DNA from: Meiothermus sp.
Lineage (GTDB): Bacteria; Deinococcota; Deinococci; Deinococcales; Thermaceae
Reading direction: 5' to 3'
Assembly (NCBI GenBank): GCA_033762915.1
Contig: JANRLD010000084.1
Span: 1 to 64,000, forward strand
Length of the DNA: 64,000 nucleotides
Part shown: positions 30,327-41,244 of the stretch, in pieces
Layout of the letters: the number at the start of each line of letters is the position of its first letter
How positions within the stretch are numbered: position 1 is the stretch's first letter
Notes under the pieces: model-generated
Databases searched by the model: none
The model's input: only the letters and a program-made list of their open reading frames with translations
Told to the model about the DNA's origin: nothing
Translations under genes and position numbers: made by a program

Positions 30327-31130
30327 GTGAAGATTGCAAACAGCCTGATCGTCATCAGCGGGGCCAGCAGCGGGATCGGGCAGGCCAGCGCGGTGGAGTT
30401 GGCGGCGCTGGGGGCCCGGGTGATCTTGGTGGCCCGGAGCGCGGGGAAACTCGAGGCCACCGCCGGGCACATTCGCAAGGCGGGGGGCCAAGCCTGGGCC
30501 TTTCCCGCCGATCTATCCAGGCCCCAGGAGGCGGTGAGGCTTGCAGAAGAGGTTCTTGGTCAGCATGGCGTCCCGCAAGCCCTGATCCACAGCGCAGGTG
30601 CGGGTGAGTGGCGCTTTCTCGACGAGACCCCCATCGAGGACATCCAGCGCCTCATGGACACCCCGTTCTTCGCCGCAGCCTACCTGACCCGGGCCTTCCT
30701 GCCCGCCATGCTGCGCGAGAACCGCGGCTACATCCTCTCGGTATGCTCGCCCGCCAGCCGCCAGGTCTGGCCCGGAGCGACCGGCTACATTGCCAGCCGG
30801 TGGGCCCTCAACGGCCTGACCGAAGCCCTACGTGCCGACCTATACGGCACCGGCCTCAAGGCGGGCTGCATGTTTCCGGCAAAAATCTCCGACAGTGCCT
30901 ACTTCCAGACCAACACCGAGACCGAAGACCGCATCCCCACGATAGGCCGGGTCATCCCTCCGATCACCTCGAGACAGGCCGCGCTAGGGGTGGTACGTTG
31001 CCTCGAGCAGGAGCGCCGAATCTTGATTCAGCCCTGGCAGATGGCGGTTTTCGACGCCTTCGCCCGGATGTTTCCCAGGGTCAGCGAGTACTTCGCCTTC
31101 AGCACCGGGGCTCGCAGGCCGAACGTGTAA
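30327..31130 (+). CDS. SDR family oxidoreductase
   Basis: SGASSGIG; YIASR (Arg at the YxxxK position). Confidence 0.9.
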   Translation: MKIANSLIVISGASSGIGQASAVELAALGARVILVARSAGKLEATAGHIRKAGGQAWAFPADLSRPQEAVRLAEEVLGQHGVPQALIHSAGAGEWRFLDETPIEDIQRLMDTPFFAAAYLTRAFLPAMLRENRGYILSVCSPASRQVWPGATGYIASRWALNGLTEALRADLYGTGLKAGCMFPAKISDSAYFQTNTETEDRIPTIGRVIPPITSRQAALGVVRCLEQERRILIQPWQMAVFDAFARMFPRVSEYFAFSTGARRPNV

Positions 31131-31306
31131 CCTTTTCCACCAATTGTGGCGGCTTGGAGCCCCGACCCACCCGCCGGGCAAGGTGCTAGGGCTCGCACCT
31201 GAACTGTCCCCACCTTTTGTTTTCATTGCATTGGCGCACAGCCAACATTCTCTCGGTAACGGAGCGGTAATGGGCGACTATTAGGGTGCGGGCGGAGGTG
31301 ATGGGT

Positions 31307-31804
31307 ATGACCGGCAAGCGCCGTAACGATTACGCGGCGGGGGGCTGGGTTCTGCTGGTGGTGGGGCTGTCTTTGTTGCTGGGGCAGTTCTTCCCAAACA
31401 ACGGCTGGCAGATCTTGGCCCTGCTGGGGGTGGGGTTTCTGGCAGCAGGAGCGCTCATCCGCAAAGTCGGCCTTCTGATTCCGGGAGGCATTTTGAGTGG
31501 GATCGCGCTAGGGGTTTACCTTGTCGACCCGGTGCGCTCCAGTGTGCCCGAGGCCACAGCGGGCGGGGTCTTTCTGATGGCTTTCGCGGCGGGCTGGTTC
31601 ATGATCACGCTGCTCTCGCCGCTGGCGGGTGGCTGGGTCTGGTGGCCGTTGATTCCGGGTTCCATCCTGGGCTTTATCGGCTGGGCGGTATACGAGGAGC
31701 GCCTCGAGTGGCTGGAGCGGCTGAGCTGGGTCTGGCCGCTGATTCTGGTGGGGCTAGGCGCCTGGGTGCTGCTTCGCCCGAAAAACCCTCAGGATAAGGG
31801 CTGA
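31307..31804 (+). CDS. Membrane protein
   Basis: About six transmembrane segments; LLIPGGIL and WPLILVGLG motifs. Confidence 0.8.
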   Translation: MTGKRRNDYAAGGWVLLVVGLSLLLGQFFPNNGWQILALLGVGFLAAGALIRKVGLLIPGGILSGIALGVYLVDPVRSSVPEATAGGVFLMAFAAGWFMITLLSPLAGGWVWWPLIPGSILGFIGWAVYEERLEWLERLSWVWPLILVGLGAWVLLRPKNPQDKG

Positions 31805-31809
31805 GCCCC

Positions 31810-34299
31810 ATGGGCGAGCCCGCTGTGGTGGTCGGCCTGACCTCGAGCCAGGCCCGTGAGCGCCTCGCCGTCTTCGGCCCCAACACCCTCCCCGAGAAAG
31901 CGCCTGAGCCGCTTTGGCACAGGTTTATCCGCCAATTCCAAAGCCCCCTGATCTACATCTTGCTCTTTGCTTTGGCCTTTGACGCGGGACTGTGGATCTA
32001 CGAAGGGGCCAGGGGCTGGCCAACCGAGAGCCTTACCATTGGGCTGATTCTGCTGCTCAACGCGGGGCTGGGGGTTTACCAGGAGTTCCGCTCCGAGGGT
32101 GCCCTCGCCCGGCTCAAGGCCATGGCCGCGCCGCAGGTCTGGGTGCTTCGCGACGGGGAGCTGGTACGCCTGCCCAGCCAGGAGCTGGTGCCGGGGGATG
32201 TCCTGCGCCTCGAGGCCGGCGACCGTGTGCCCGCCGACGGCGCGTTGCTTCAAGCCCAGGGCGTGCTGCTTGACGAGTCGGTGCTCACTGGGGAATCTGT
32301 TCCACTGGACAAGACCCCAGGGCAGGAGGCGCTGAGCGGAACCCTTCTGGTGCGGGGCAAGGCCCAACTCGAGGTCAGCCGAACCGGTTCCAGGAGCAAC
32401 CTGGGCAAGCTGGCTCAGATGCTGGAACAGGTCGAGGCGGGCAAGACCCCGCTCGAGCTCCGTCTCGACCGCCTGGGACGCCAAATTGCGAGGGCAGTTC
32501 TGGTTCTGGCTGCCGTAATCGCGGTGGCGGGGGTGCTGGCGGAGGGGGTGGATCATCTTGGTGCGATGGTCCTCTTCGCGGTTGCGCTGGCGGTGGCAGC
32601 GGTGCCAGAGGGGCTGCCCGCCGTCCTGACCCTGACCCTGGCCCTCGGGGTCGAGCGAATGAGCAAGCGCAAGGCGGTGGTGCGAAAGTTGGCCGCCGTG
32701 GAGGCGCTGGGCTCGGTCACGGTCATCGCCACCGACAAGACCGGCACCCTAACTGAGAACCGCATGAGCGTCCATTTGCTCGACGCCCCCGACCCCACTC
32801 GAGCCTTACGGGCGGCGGTGCTGGCCAACGACGCCGAGGGGGGAGGCCAGGGGGCGGGAGACCCCCTCGAGGTCGGCCTGCTGGCCTACGCCGAAGCCCA
32901 AGGGGTGGACGCCCGGGCGTTGCGCCAGCAGCACCCCCGCCTGGGCCACCGGGCCTTCGACAGCGAGTGGAAGTTTATGCGGGCGACGGTGGAAGAGGAG
33001 GGGCGTGGGGTCGGCTACTTTAAAGGTGCCTACGAGGTGCTGCTGGTCCGGTGCCGTCTGAGCCCCGAAGAGCAGGCCTCCTGGGCCGAGAAAGCCCTGG
33101 CCTACGCCTCGGAGGGTTTCCGGGTGCTGGGACTGGCCGAGGGCCACGGCGAAGACGAAGAGGGCCTGAGTTTCCTGGGCCTGGTGCTGTTCTGGGATCC
33201 TCCCCGTGAGGAGGTTCCGCAGGCCATCGAGATGGCGCGAGCGGCGGGCATCCGGGTCTTGATGGTCACCGGCGACCACCCGGCCACCGCCCTCGCCATC
33301 GCCCACAAGATCGGGATTTCTGGTGAGCGGGTGTTGACTGGGGAGGACCTGGAGCACTACGACCCAGAGACTTTGCGTCAGGTGGTGGGAGAAGTGAATG
33401 TGTTCGCCCGGGTGAGGCCGGAGCACAAGCTCAGGCTGGTGCAGACCCTGCAAGCGCTGGGGGAGGTGGTGGCGATGACCGGCGACGGGGTTAATGACGC
33501 CCCCGCACTCAAGCGCTCCAACGTGGGGGTAGCGATGGGCCAGCGTGGCTCCGAGGTCAGCCGCGAAGTGGCCGACCTGGTTTTGCTCGACGACAACTTT
33601 GCCACCATCGTTGCAGCAGTCGAGGAGGGCCGCAGCATTTACGAGAACGTGCAAAAGTTCCTCCGCTTCCTGTTTTCGACAAACCTTTCCGAGGTTCTGG
33701 TGGTGGGGGTTGGGGCCATGTTGGCCTTTGCGCTAGGGCTGCGCGAGGCCGACGGATCGCTGCTGTTGCCCCTCTTGGCGGTCCAAATCCTTTGGATCAA
33801 CCTCGTCACCGACGGCTTGCCCGCCCTTACACTAGCCCTCGACCGCAACCCCGGGGTGATGCGCTCGCCGCCCAAGCCGGCCCAGGCTCCCCTGCTCGAC
33901 TCTCCCTCGCTGCGCTTTGTGCTGCTGTCGGGCTCGGTCAAGGCGGCCATCGCACTGGGCATCCTGGGCGTGGTACCGCTGCTGGGCTACGGCCTCGAGG
34001 AAGCCCGCAGCGCATGCTTCCATTTTTCGGCCATCGGACAGCTCTTCTTCACCTACCCGTCCCGCCACACACGGCTTTTCCCCAGCCCCAACCCCGTGCT
34101 GCACGGCGTGGTGGCGGCGGGGGTAGGGTTGCAGTTCGCGGTGGGCTCGCTGCCAGGGGTGGCCGGGGCGCTGGGCGCAGTGCCCTTGCCTATGGCGCTG
34201 TGGGGGGGCATTCTCGCGGCTGCCCTGGTAGCTTGGGGTCTTACCGAAGGCCTCAACCGACTTTTCTGGCGTCCCGCAGTTCGCGACTCAGTCCGGTAA
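31810..34299 (+). CDS. Cation-transporting P-type ATPase (type II)
   Basis: TGES, PEGL, DKTGT, TGD and GDGVND motifs. Confidence 0.95.
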   Translation: MGEPAVVVGLTSSQARERLAVFGPNTLPEKAPEPLWHRFIRQFQSPLIYILLFALAFDAGLWIYEGARGWPTESLTIGLILLLNAGLGVYQEFRSEGALARLKAMAAPQVWVLRDGELVRLPSQELVPGDVLRLEAGDRVPADGALLQAQGVLLDESVLTGESVPLDKTPGQEALSGTLLVRGKAQLEVSRTGSRSNLGKLAQMLEQVEAGKTPLELRLDRLGRQIARAVLVLAAVIAVAGVLAEGVDHLGAMVLFAVALAVAAVPEGLPAVLTLTLALGVERMSKRKAVVRKLAAVEALGSVTVIATDKTGTLTENRMSVHLLDAPDPTRALRAAVLANDAEGGGQGAGDPLEVGLLAYAEAQGVDARALRQQHPRLGHRAFDSEWKFMRATVEEEGRGVGYFKGAYEVLLVRCRLSPEEQASWAEKALAYASEGFRVLGLAEGHGEDEEGLSFLGLVLFWDPPREEVPQAIEMARAAGIRVLMVTGDHPATALAIAHKIGISGERVLTGEDLEHYDPETLRQVVGEVNVFARVRPEHKLRLVQTLQALGEVVAMTGDGVNDAPALKRSNVGVAMGQRGSEVSREVADLVLLDDNFATIVAAVEEGRSIYENVQKFLRFLFSTNLSEVLVVGVGAMLAFALGLREADGSLLLPLLAVQILWINLVTDGLPALTLALDRNPGVMRSPPKPAQAPLLDSPSLRFVLLSGSVKAAIALGILGVVPLLGYGLEEARSACFHFSAIGQLFFTYPSRHTRLFPSPNPVLHGVVAAGVGLQFAVGSLPGVAGALGAVPLPMALWGGILAAALVAWGLTEGLNRLFWRPAVRDSVR

Positions 34300-34382
34300 T
34301 CGCTTGGTAATGCCGGGGCACTAGGGTGTGGCTTGTGGGCCTCGGGATTTCCTCGAGGCCACGGCGGTTCGAGGAGGTGTTT

Positions 34383-34685
34383 ATGTCGGTGATGGAGACC
34401 AACATGACGCGGGAGCTACAGGACATCCGCAACGACCTGACCCTGCTGCGCAAGGACCTGAGTGAGTTGGCCCAGGCCATGCAGGTCAACCTCAAGGAGG
34501 AGACCAGCCACCTGCGTGAGAACACCCGCCAGGTCTTTGAGAAGGCCCGCGAGCGGGGCGGCAAGGCGATCCACGAAGTAGAGCACCGCATCGAAGAGCG
34601 CCCCTTCTTCAGCGTGCTCGCGGCCTTCGGGGTGGGGATCATGGCCGGCTTGTTGGCCGAGCGGCGCATGCTGCCGGGCCGTTAG
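34383..34685 (+). CDS. DUF883/ElaB-YqjD-like protein
   Basis: Coiled coil followed by IEERPFFSVLAAFGVG C-terminal transmembrane segment. Confidence 0.75.
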   Translation: MSVMETNMTRELQDIRNDLTLLRKDLSELAQAMQVNLKEETSHLRENTRQVFEKARERGGKAIHEVEHRIEERPFFSVLAAFGVGIMAGLLAERRMLPGR

Positions 34686-34699
34686 AACCGGGGCCTACG

Positions 34700-34975
34700 G
34701 TGTCTGCGCTGGTGGAGGTTGTGCTCGGTCTGGTGGACGTGCTCGAGGCCGAGGGGCGGGCGCTGAGGGCGGGCCTGGCCCGTCTGGCGGGTGCGCTGCT
34801 GCTGTTGGCGGTGGCGGGGGCGGTGCTGCTATGTGCGGCGATGGTCCTGCTATGGGCGGCCTACCTCTGGCTCAGCGGGGTCGTGGCCCCCGCCCCGGCG
34901 GCCCTGCTGGTAGGGCTGCTGGCCCTGCTGCTGGCCGGCGGCTTGTGGTGGCGGGCGCGGGAGATGGTGCGATAG
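34700..34975 (+). CDS. YqjE/phage-holin-family-like membrane protein
   Basis: Two transmembrane segments; follows the DUF883-like gene. Confidence 0.65.
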   Translation: MSALVEVVLGLVDVLEAEGRALRAGLARLAGALLLLAVAGAVLLCAAMVLLWAAYLWLSGVVAPAPAALLVGLLALLLAGGLWWRAREMVR

Positions 34976-34984
34976 GGGTGAGCG

Positions 34985-35191
34985 ATGGAGACGCGAACGC
35001 CCCACCCGCCACCCACAGGCCGACAGGAGGCCCGGGCCCGACTGCGCCGGGCGGCCAAACGCCTCGAGCGCGAAGGCGCAGATTTGCTGGAGCGGCACCC
35101 CTACGAGGCCCTGGCCGCCGCACTGATGGCAGGCTGGCTGTTGTCCCGTTATCCCGGGCTAGGGCGCTTTCTGCTGAAACTGTTGGTCTAG
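34985..35191 (+). CDS. Small hypothetical protein
   Basis: HPYEALAAALMAGWLL; third gene of the cluster. Confidence 0.65.
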   Translation: METRTPHPPPTGRQEARARLRRAAKRLEREGADLLERHPYEALAAALMAGWLLSRYPGLGRFLLKLLV

Positions 35192-35206
35192 AGCGGTTTC
35201 CACAAA

Positions 35207-35239
35207 CACTCGGTACGGTAAAAACCGCCGTACCGAGTG
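35207..35239. terminator. Hairpin between convergent genes
   Basis: CACTCGGTACGG-N9-CCGTACCGAGTG. Confidence 0.55.
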
Positions 35240-35335
35240 CAATGCTTCTCACGACGGGCCGAGTATGGGAGGGAAACGCGATAGGATGATCGGCCTGCCC
35301 TCAAGACGCGCTTCGCCCAGCGCGTCTTTTCCTGT

Positions 35336-35545
35336 TCAGCGGCCCTGTGGTCCGCCAGGCCCGCGCCAGGCCCACCAGAGCATGCCGGTGCCCGTACCGA
35401 GCGACAGCCCAAAAGCCAAACCGAGCGGAAGGCTACCAGCCACCAGTCCCACCCCCGCCCCAAACGCCACCCCTAGCCCTACTCCGATCCCGGTCGCCTG
35501 AGTTAGGCTGCGGCCTTCCGTGACGTCTTCTTTGGGTGGCCTCAT
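35336..35545 (-). CDS. Small glycine-rich membrane protein
   Basis: GxxxG repeats; TAGCCT 6 nt before the ATG. Confidence 0.55.
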   Translation of the reverse strand: MRPPKEDVTEGRSLTQATGIGVGLGVAFGAGVGLVAGSLPLGLAFGLSLGTGTGMLWWAWRGPGGPQGR

Positions 35546-35700
35546 GCCCGGAGGCTAGGCGGTCTGCTTGAGTTTTGGCTGACCGGACGGGGGCAGACTC
35601 GAGTCCGGTGCAGCTTCTTCATGCCAAGTCAAAATCCCGCTCATCGTCGCGGCCTACCCTCAAGGCAGCCCCCACGCACCGGGGACGCCGAGGAGAACCC

Positions 35701-36207
35701 ATGAAGACTTGGATGTTGCTGACGGGACTGGCCTTCGCCGCCGCGCTTGGGCTGACTATCGCCCAGAACCCCCCCGCCCAGCCTCAGCCGCAGGCCCGCC
35801 TGACCATCGCCCAGGTGCTGGCCGCCGACCCCGAGTTCAGCACCCTATTGCGGGCGCTGCGGGCCGCCGGACTCGAGGAGACCCTGTCCGAGCCCGGCTC
35901 GCTTACACTTCTGGCCCCTAACAATGCGGCCTTTGAGAAAGTGCCGCCCACGCTGATGGAGCAGCTAATGGCGAACCGACCGGTGCTGACCGAGGTGCTG
36001 CGCAACCACATGGCCCGGAGCCGCCTGAGCGCCCAAGAGGTCGCAGCCGAGCCCACCCTGCCGACGCTGGCGGGCTCGCAGCTCCCGGTCGCGGCCAGCG
36101 GCACTTCACTCAAGGTCGGCCCAGCCACCGTCACCCGCCCCGACATACCCGCCGCCAACGGGGTAATCCACGTCATCGATACGGTGATCCTGCCACGGTC
36201 GAACTAA
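35701..36207 (+). CDS. Secreted fasciclin domain protein
   Basis: Signal peptide; FSTL, TLLAPNNAAF and NGVIHVIDTVI motifs. Confidence 0.92.
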   Translation: MKTWMLLTGLAFAAALGLTIAQNPPAQPQPQARLTIAQVLAADPEFSTLLRALRAAGLEETLSEPGSLTLLAPNNAAFEKVPPTLMEQLMANRPVLTEVLRNHMARSRLSAQEVAAEPTLPTLAGSQLPVAASGTSLKVGPATVTRPDIPAANGVIHVIDTVILPRSN

Positions 36208-36603
36208 GCCTCGCTGGATGGTGGGGAGTCCTCAAGTCGTCCTCCTCACGGGCAAAAGCGGCACGCGGTACCACCACTATCGCCTTAGACTCCCTCGCTC
36301 ATATTCGGGGACAATTTTAAGAGTCAAAATGCGCACAAAGACCGAAAGACCCTTTGCCTGAGCTGCGCTTTTAAGCTCGAGGGCGGTTTGCAAAGTGCTG
36401 GCATGAGGAACCCGGCCTTGTTGCAGAGTCGATTGAGGCTGCCCTCCGCCTTCGATAAGCACAGGTTGGGCCACGGCTCTTCCAGTTCCGCACCGCTGTA
36501 CATGTTGCGGCCGGCACCTCATTGAGCGCCACGGCGGTTCACCTGAGTTGCCGTTTATTCCCTGTTCAGGGCTCGAGGACTGCACTAGACTGGCCTTAAG
36601 GCT

Positions 36604-37416
36604 ATGAACCTCGATTCGCTGGCCCAAAACAGCGTTGCCGTCATCGGAGTCCCGCTGGATGCGAACTCCTCGTTCCTGCGCGGCTCGGCGCTGGCCCCGG
36701 CCAAGATTCGACAGGTGCTGCACTCCGGCTCCTCAAACTGGTTCCTCGAGGACGGGCGGGACCTGCAAGAGGCCGACTGGAAGGATCTGGGCGACCTCGA
36801 GTTGCCCGAAACCGACCCCCAAGGCGTGGCCGAGTTTATCACCGCGCAGGTTAATGGCCTGCTGTGGCGGGGCGTGCGGCTACTTACCCTGGGTGGCGAC
36901 CACTCCATTACGTTCCCGCTTGTCCGGGCGTTCGCGGCCCATCACTCGAGGCTGACCATCCTTCACATCGACGCCCATTCCGACCTCTACGAGGAGTTCG
37001 ACGCCAATTTCTACTCCCACGCCTCGCCCTTCGCCCGCATCATGGAGGCGGGACTGGCCAAGCGTTTGGTTCAGGTGGGTCTACGCACCCCCTCCCGACA
37101 CGAGCGCGAGCAGGCCAGGCGATTTGGAGTCGAGCAGATCCTGGCCAAGGACTGGCAGGGCGTGCTCCCCCGCCTCGAGGGCCCCCTCTACCTTTCCCTC
37201 GACCTCGACGCCCTCGACCCGGCATACGCTCCCGGCGTGTCACACCACGAGCCCGGCGGCCTCGGTGTGCGGGAGGTGCTGCGCATCTTGGAGCAGGTTC
37301 GCGGTTCCCTGGTCGGGGCCGATCTGGTCGAGTTGAACCCCACCAGGGATCACGCCGACATGACTGCCGCGGTCGCTGCGAAGTTCTATAAAGAGCTGCT
37401 GGGCAAGCTGCTTTAG
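36604..37416 (+). CDS. speB: Agmatinase family ureohydrolase
   Basis: GGDHSI, DAHSD, SHAS and DLDALDP motifs. Confidence 0.88.
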   Translation: MNLDSLAQNSVAVIGVPLDANSSFLRGSALAPAKIRQVLHSGSSNWFLEDGRDLQEADWKDLGDLELPETDPQGVAEFITAQVNGLLWRGVRLLTLGGDHSITFPLVRAFAAHHSRLTILHIDAHSDLYEEFDANFYSHASPFARIMEAGLAKRLVQVGLRTPSRHEREQARRFGVEQILAKDWQGVLPRLEGPLYLSLDLDALDPAYAPGVSHHEPGGLGVREVLRILEQVRGSLVGADLVELNPTRDHADMTAAVAAKFYKELLGKLL

Positions 37417-37530
37417 GCTTCTTGGTCGCCTGCTCAGCACCAGCGGTCTGGGTGGGAGGGCGGGAAAAACGTAAAGGCCGGCGCTATGCGCCGGCCCAGG
37501 ATTGAACCCGTTTTCGTAGCCCGAGTCGGG

Positions 37531-38469
37531 CTAATTGAGCTTATCGGCAAACAGCTGAATCTTGGCCCGATCAGCCAGGCTGCTAACAAACTTCTCGAGG
37601 GCTTGGCTCTTCAGCTCCTCCTCGAGGGAGCCCTTTACCGCGTCGAATGGGCGGAAGCCAGCCGGCTCGATCTTGATCAGCAGGATTACGTGGAAGCCGA
37701 ACTCGGTCTGCACCGGGCGACGGGTGTAATCGCCTTCTTTGAGCGCCACCATGGTGGACTCGAAGGCCGGGACAAAAGTGCCCCGCGGCTCACAACCCAG
37801 CTCGCCGCCGTTGTTCTTGCTGCCGGGGTCCAGCGACTTCTCCTGGGCGATCTCCTCGAACTTGCCGCCCTTGCCCAGTTGCTCGATGATCTGGGTGGCC
37901 TCGGCGGCGGTGCGCACCAGGATGTGCGAGGCACAGTAGGTCTGGGGCACGGCGTACTGCCGTTTGTTCAGGCGATACAGGAGTTGCAGGGCAGCGGGGC
38001 TGATCTGGATTTTGGAGATTACGCTCTCGATGTAGTTGTTGTAGGTGACGGCCTCGGTCACCAGGGCACGGTAGGTGTCCAGGCTGGGGATGCCTGCATC
38101 CTTGAGGGCGGCGTTGAGGGCCTCCTCGGACTCGAACTGGCCCTTGGCCTCATCGACCGCCGCCTCCACTTCCTCGGGCTTGGCGGCAAATCCGCTGGCC
38201 TTGCCCGCATTGATGATGGCCTGGTCGCGGGCCAAGCGCTCCAGGAACTGCGGCTTCTGATCCTTGAACAACTCCTCGGCCTCGGCGCTGTAAGGCTGGC
38301 CTTGCTGGCGCAGGGAGCTGCGGACAAACAGCCCCCACTGTAGGTCGAACTGGCTGCGGGTGATGCTGGTATCCCCCACCGTCGCCACTACTGGGTCGGC
38401 AGCCGCCTGCCCAAGCCCCACCGCCATACCCAGCACCGAAACCAAGACCGCCAACCGTTTGATTGCCAT
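37531..38469 (-). CDS. PpiC-type peptidyl-prolyl isomerase (PrsA/SurA-like)
   Basis: Signal peptide; ASHILV, GGELG and TEFGFHVI motifs. Confidence 0.9.
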   Translation of the reverse strand: MAIKRLAVLVSVLGMAVGLGQAAADPVVATVGDTSITRSQFDLQWGLFVRSSLRQQGQPYSAEAEELFKDQKPQFLERLARDQAIINAGKASGFAAKPEEVEAAVDEAKGQFESEEALNAALKDAGIPSLDTYRALVTEAVTYNNYIESVISKIQISPAALQLLYRLNKRQYAVPQTYCASHILVRTAAEATQIIEQLGKGGKFEEIAQEKSLDPGSKNNGGELGCEPRGTFVPAFESTMVALKEGDYTRRPVQTEFGFHVILLIKIEPAGFRPFDAVKGSLEEELKSQALEKFVSSLADRAKIQLFADKLN

Positions 38470-38921
38470 CTCAACCATCCTTCCGAAGCGTCAACCGAAA
38501 TATCGGGTTTAAACCCTTCTGGGTTGCGCTATGCTATCACGACTGTCGCCGCGCAATGAGGTTACGCTTCCGCTGCCCGACCCTCACCCGGGCTCTGGTC
38601 TGAAACGATCACCGGCTCCCTTTTTGGCCCTGCACCCTACCGGCTCTTCCTCCGAAAAGGATGTGCTCGTCTAGTGGATAGGGGGCAGGGCTGGGAAAAT
38701 CGGAGCTTCGAGAAAGTAACAGAAGGTCGATTGGTACAAAGTACACCCGCTCGCGATTGCAAGACAAGCCCAAATCTCCGCCAGCGCCTACCCGTATGTT
38801 GATGCTCATAAAGGGTTCGCTAGGGCTGCGGCATGGCCGGGCTTGTGCGAGGAAGCCAGCATCCAAAGCCGGCACGGGTGGAGACTGACAGCGGTCTCCG
38901 CCCTTTTATAATGGAGGAACT

Positions 38922-40226
38922 ATGTTCGCACCAGTTGTCCGCTTATGGAACTCCGACGCCAGGGGGGGCATCATCTTGTTCTCCGTGGCGCTGGCCGCGT
39001 TCATTCTGGCCAACACCGAAGGCTACTTTTGGTACAAGGAGACTAAGGATACCCTCATCTCGGTCGGGTGGGGCGAGGCAAGCCTCGAGAAGACCCTCGG
39101 CAGTTGGATCAAAGACCTGCTGATGTGCTTCTTTTTTCTCCTGGTCGGCCTCGAGATCAAGCGCGAGATCGTCTCGGGTCAGCTCTCCAACCCCCGCCGG
39201 GCCGTCCTAACCATCCTGGCTGCCATCGGCGGCATGGTCGTCCCGGCCCTGATCTTCACGGCATTAAATGCCGGAACCCCCGGCATTGCCGGCTGGGGGG
39301 TTCCGATGGCTACAGACATCGCCTTCTCCATCGGGGTGCTTTCGCTCCTGGGGAGCCGGGTGCCGCTGGGTCTCAAGGTGTTCCTGACCGCTTTCGCGAT
39401 TGTCGACGACCTGGGGGCGGTCCTGGTGATCGCCTTCTTCTACACCCAGGGCCTCAATTTCCAGGCCCTGTTCATCGCGCTGGGTTTCTGGTTGCTGGCC
39501 CTGGCGGTGGGGTTCGGGCAGGTGCGCCACCTGTGGGTCTATATGAGCATCGGAGCCTTCATGTGGTTCTTCATGATGCAGTCGGGAGTTAGCCCAACGG
39601 TGGCTGCGGTGATGCTGGCCTTTGCGGTGCCGATGACCCGGGCCAAGTCCCTGCCCGACCTGCACTCCGAACTTTCGGGTGTGGCGGCAAAGAACCCCGA
39701 GTTGCTCGAGCAGGAGATGGCCCACCTCGAGCACTCCCTACACAAGGCCCAAAGCCCACTGCATCGCCTCGAGCACATGCTCCAGCCCTGGAGCATCTAC
39801 GTGATTCTGCCCCTCTTTGCCTTCTTCAACGCTGGAGTTAACCTGGCAGGTGCAGGGGGCTTCGGGAGTGTGGGCCTGGGGGCCTTCCTGGGCCTGTTGC
39901 TGGGCAAGCCCATCGGGATCTTCCTGATCTGCTTCGTGGCGGTGCGCCTGGGAATAGCGGCCCTGCCTCTGGGGGTCAACTGGTACATGATTCTGGGCGC
40001 GGGCTTCCTGGGCGGCATCGGCTTCACCATGTCGCTGTTCGTGGCCGCGCTGGCTTACCGCACCAACGAGGTGCTGCTTAACCAGGCCACCATCGGGGTG
40101 TTGAGCGCCTCGGTTGTGGCAGCCGTGGTGGGGCTGGTGGTGGTCTCGAGGGCCGCCCGCCGCCCTCCGCCCCAAACCGACCCCAACGACCAAGCCCTGC
40201 TCGGCCCGCTGCACGAGGGAAGGTGA
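38922..40226 (+). CDS. nhaA: Na+/H+ antiporter NhaA
   Basis: GLEIKRE, PMATDIAF, AIVDDLGA and GIGFTMSLF motifs. Confidence 0.95.
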   Translation: MFAPVVRLWNSDARGGIILFSVALAAFILANTEGYFWYKETKDTLISVGWGEASLEKTLGSWIKDLLMCFFFLLVGLEIKREIVSGQLSNPRRAVLTILAAIGGMVVPALIFTALNAGTPGIAGWGVPMATDIAFSIGVLSLLGSRVPLGLKVFLTAFAIVDDLGAVLVIAFFYTQGLNFQALFIALGFWLLALAVGFGQVRHLWVYMSIGAFMWFFMMQSGVSPTVAAVMLAFAVPMTRAKSLPDLHSELSGVAAKNPELLEQEMAHLEHSLHKAQSPLHRLEHMLQPWSIYVILPLFAFFNAGVNLAGAGGFGSVGLGAFLGLLLGKPIGIFLICFVAVRLGIAALPLGVNWYMILGAGFLGGIGFTMSLFVAALAYRTNEVLLNQATIGVLSASVVAAVVGLVVVSRAARRPPPQTDPNDQALLGPLHEGR

Positions 40227-40305
40227 GCCACGCTCCAAGTTTAGGATAACGCAGTAACGGTTATAGCGGGTTCGACAACTCGAGTGACAAAGCTACCATA
40301 CCTTT

Positions 40306-40866
40306 GTGACTAACCCTCGAGAGGCGGATGACCTAGTTGATTTTCGTGCTAGGGTTGCTCAAAATACCTTTCTTTCAGTATTGGACGCACTAATGACAGG
40401 AAGAGTTGGGTTTGGAGCAGAGCTTCAGGGGTACGTGGGTGAAGCGGCTGTGAGCGAAGTCCTTAAACGGCTCCCAGATGATTGGCGAATTGTCAGCGAC
40501 CTCGAGATAGGCGGGGAAAACGTAGATCATCTGGCCATCGGGCCAGCGGGGGCGTTCAGCCTTGAGGTGAAGAATTACAGCGGCAAGGTGATTGCCACAC
40601 CCAATGGCTTATAGAACAAAGGCGAACGCCATGACAAAATCGTGCGACAGGCATGGCGGCAAAGCCACAAACTGCATAGACTGCTAGGTGTCCAGGTCGA
40701 GCCCATACTTGTGTTCTTGTGCGACGACCTTCAGGGTGGCCGGGTAGGAAGGCTTAAGGTCATGCGGCCATATGCAGTGGTTGACTATCTGCAAAGTCTG
40801 CCTAAACTTTGGGAACCAGAAAATTGTCTTGAGGTTGTTCAAAAAGCCAAGAAGCTGGTCAGGTGA
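40306..40866 (+). pseudogene. NERD (nuclease-related) domain gene with an internal stop
   Basis: GE...VDHLAIGPAGAFSLEVKNYSG; TAG at 40612-40614; the same frame continues to 40866. Confidence 0.8.
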
Positions 40867-41244
40867 GGCCGCGCAGCTTGGCGACCCCGTGGTTCACAGA
40901 ATGTTTAACTCGTAGGGTAAGTTAGCACAGCAAATCGGTTTGACCTAGCTCAAGAACCGCTAGGTGTCTCCACAGTTGAACTCCGACCTGCCACCTTCCA
41001 GATCCCGCAGGCAATTGCACCTCGGATAGCCGCTCCGCCCCTGGGTAGACGCTCCGCGGCTATGGCGTACGCCAATCCGCCCAGGCAAGTGTTTATCGCT
41101 TCCACCGATGTTGCACTTCTACCCTGGCGCAACTCGGTTGGTAGCGTCAACGACACCGCTGGGATGCAACTGGGCGGGTAGGAAGCGCTGCCGGTACAGC
41201 ACCCCAGCCCAGGGGTGACCTCCTCAACTTTGCGCCCGCCAGGG

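Noticed and set aside
35628..35660. Second instance of the GTCAC repeat promoter before the fasciclin gene
   Set aside because: The TCA cores are 12 bp apart, not 11, and the match is degenerate
40950..41240. Possible gene remnant downstream of the esterase
   Set aside because: No family motif recognisable; cannot be supported without a search
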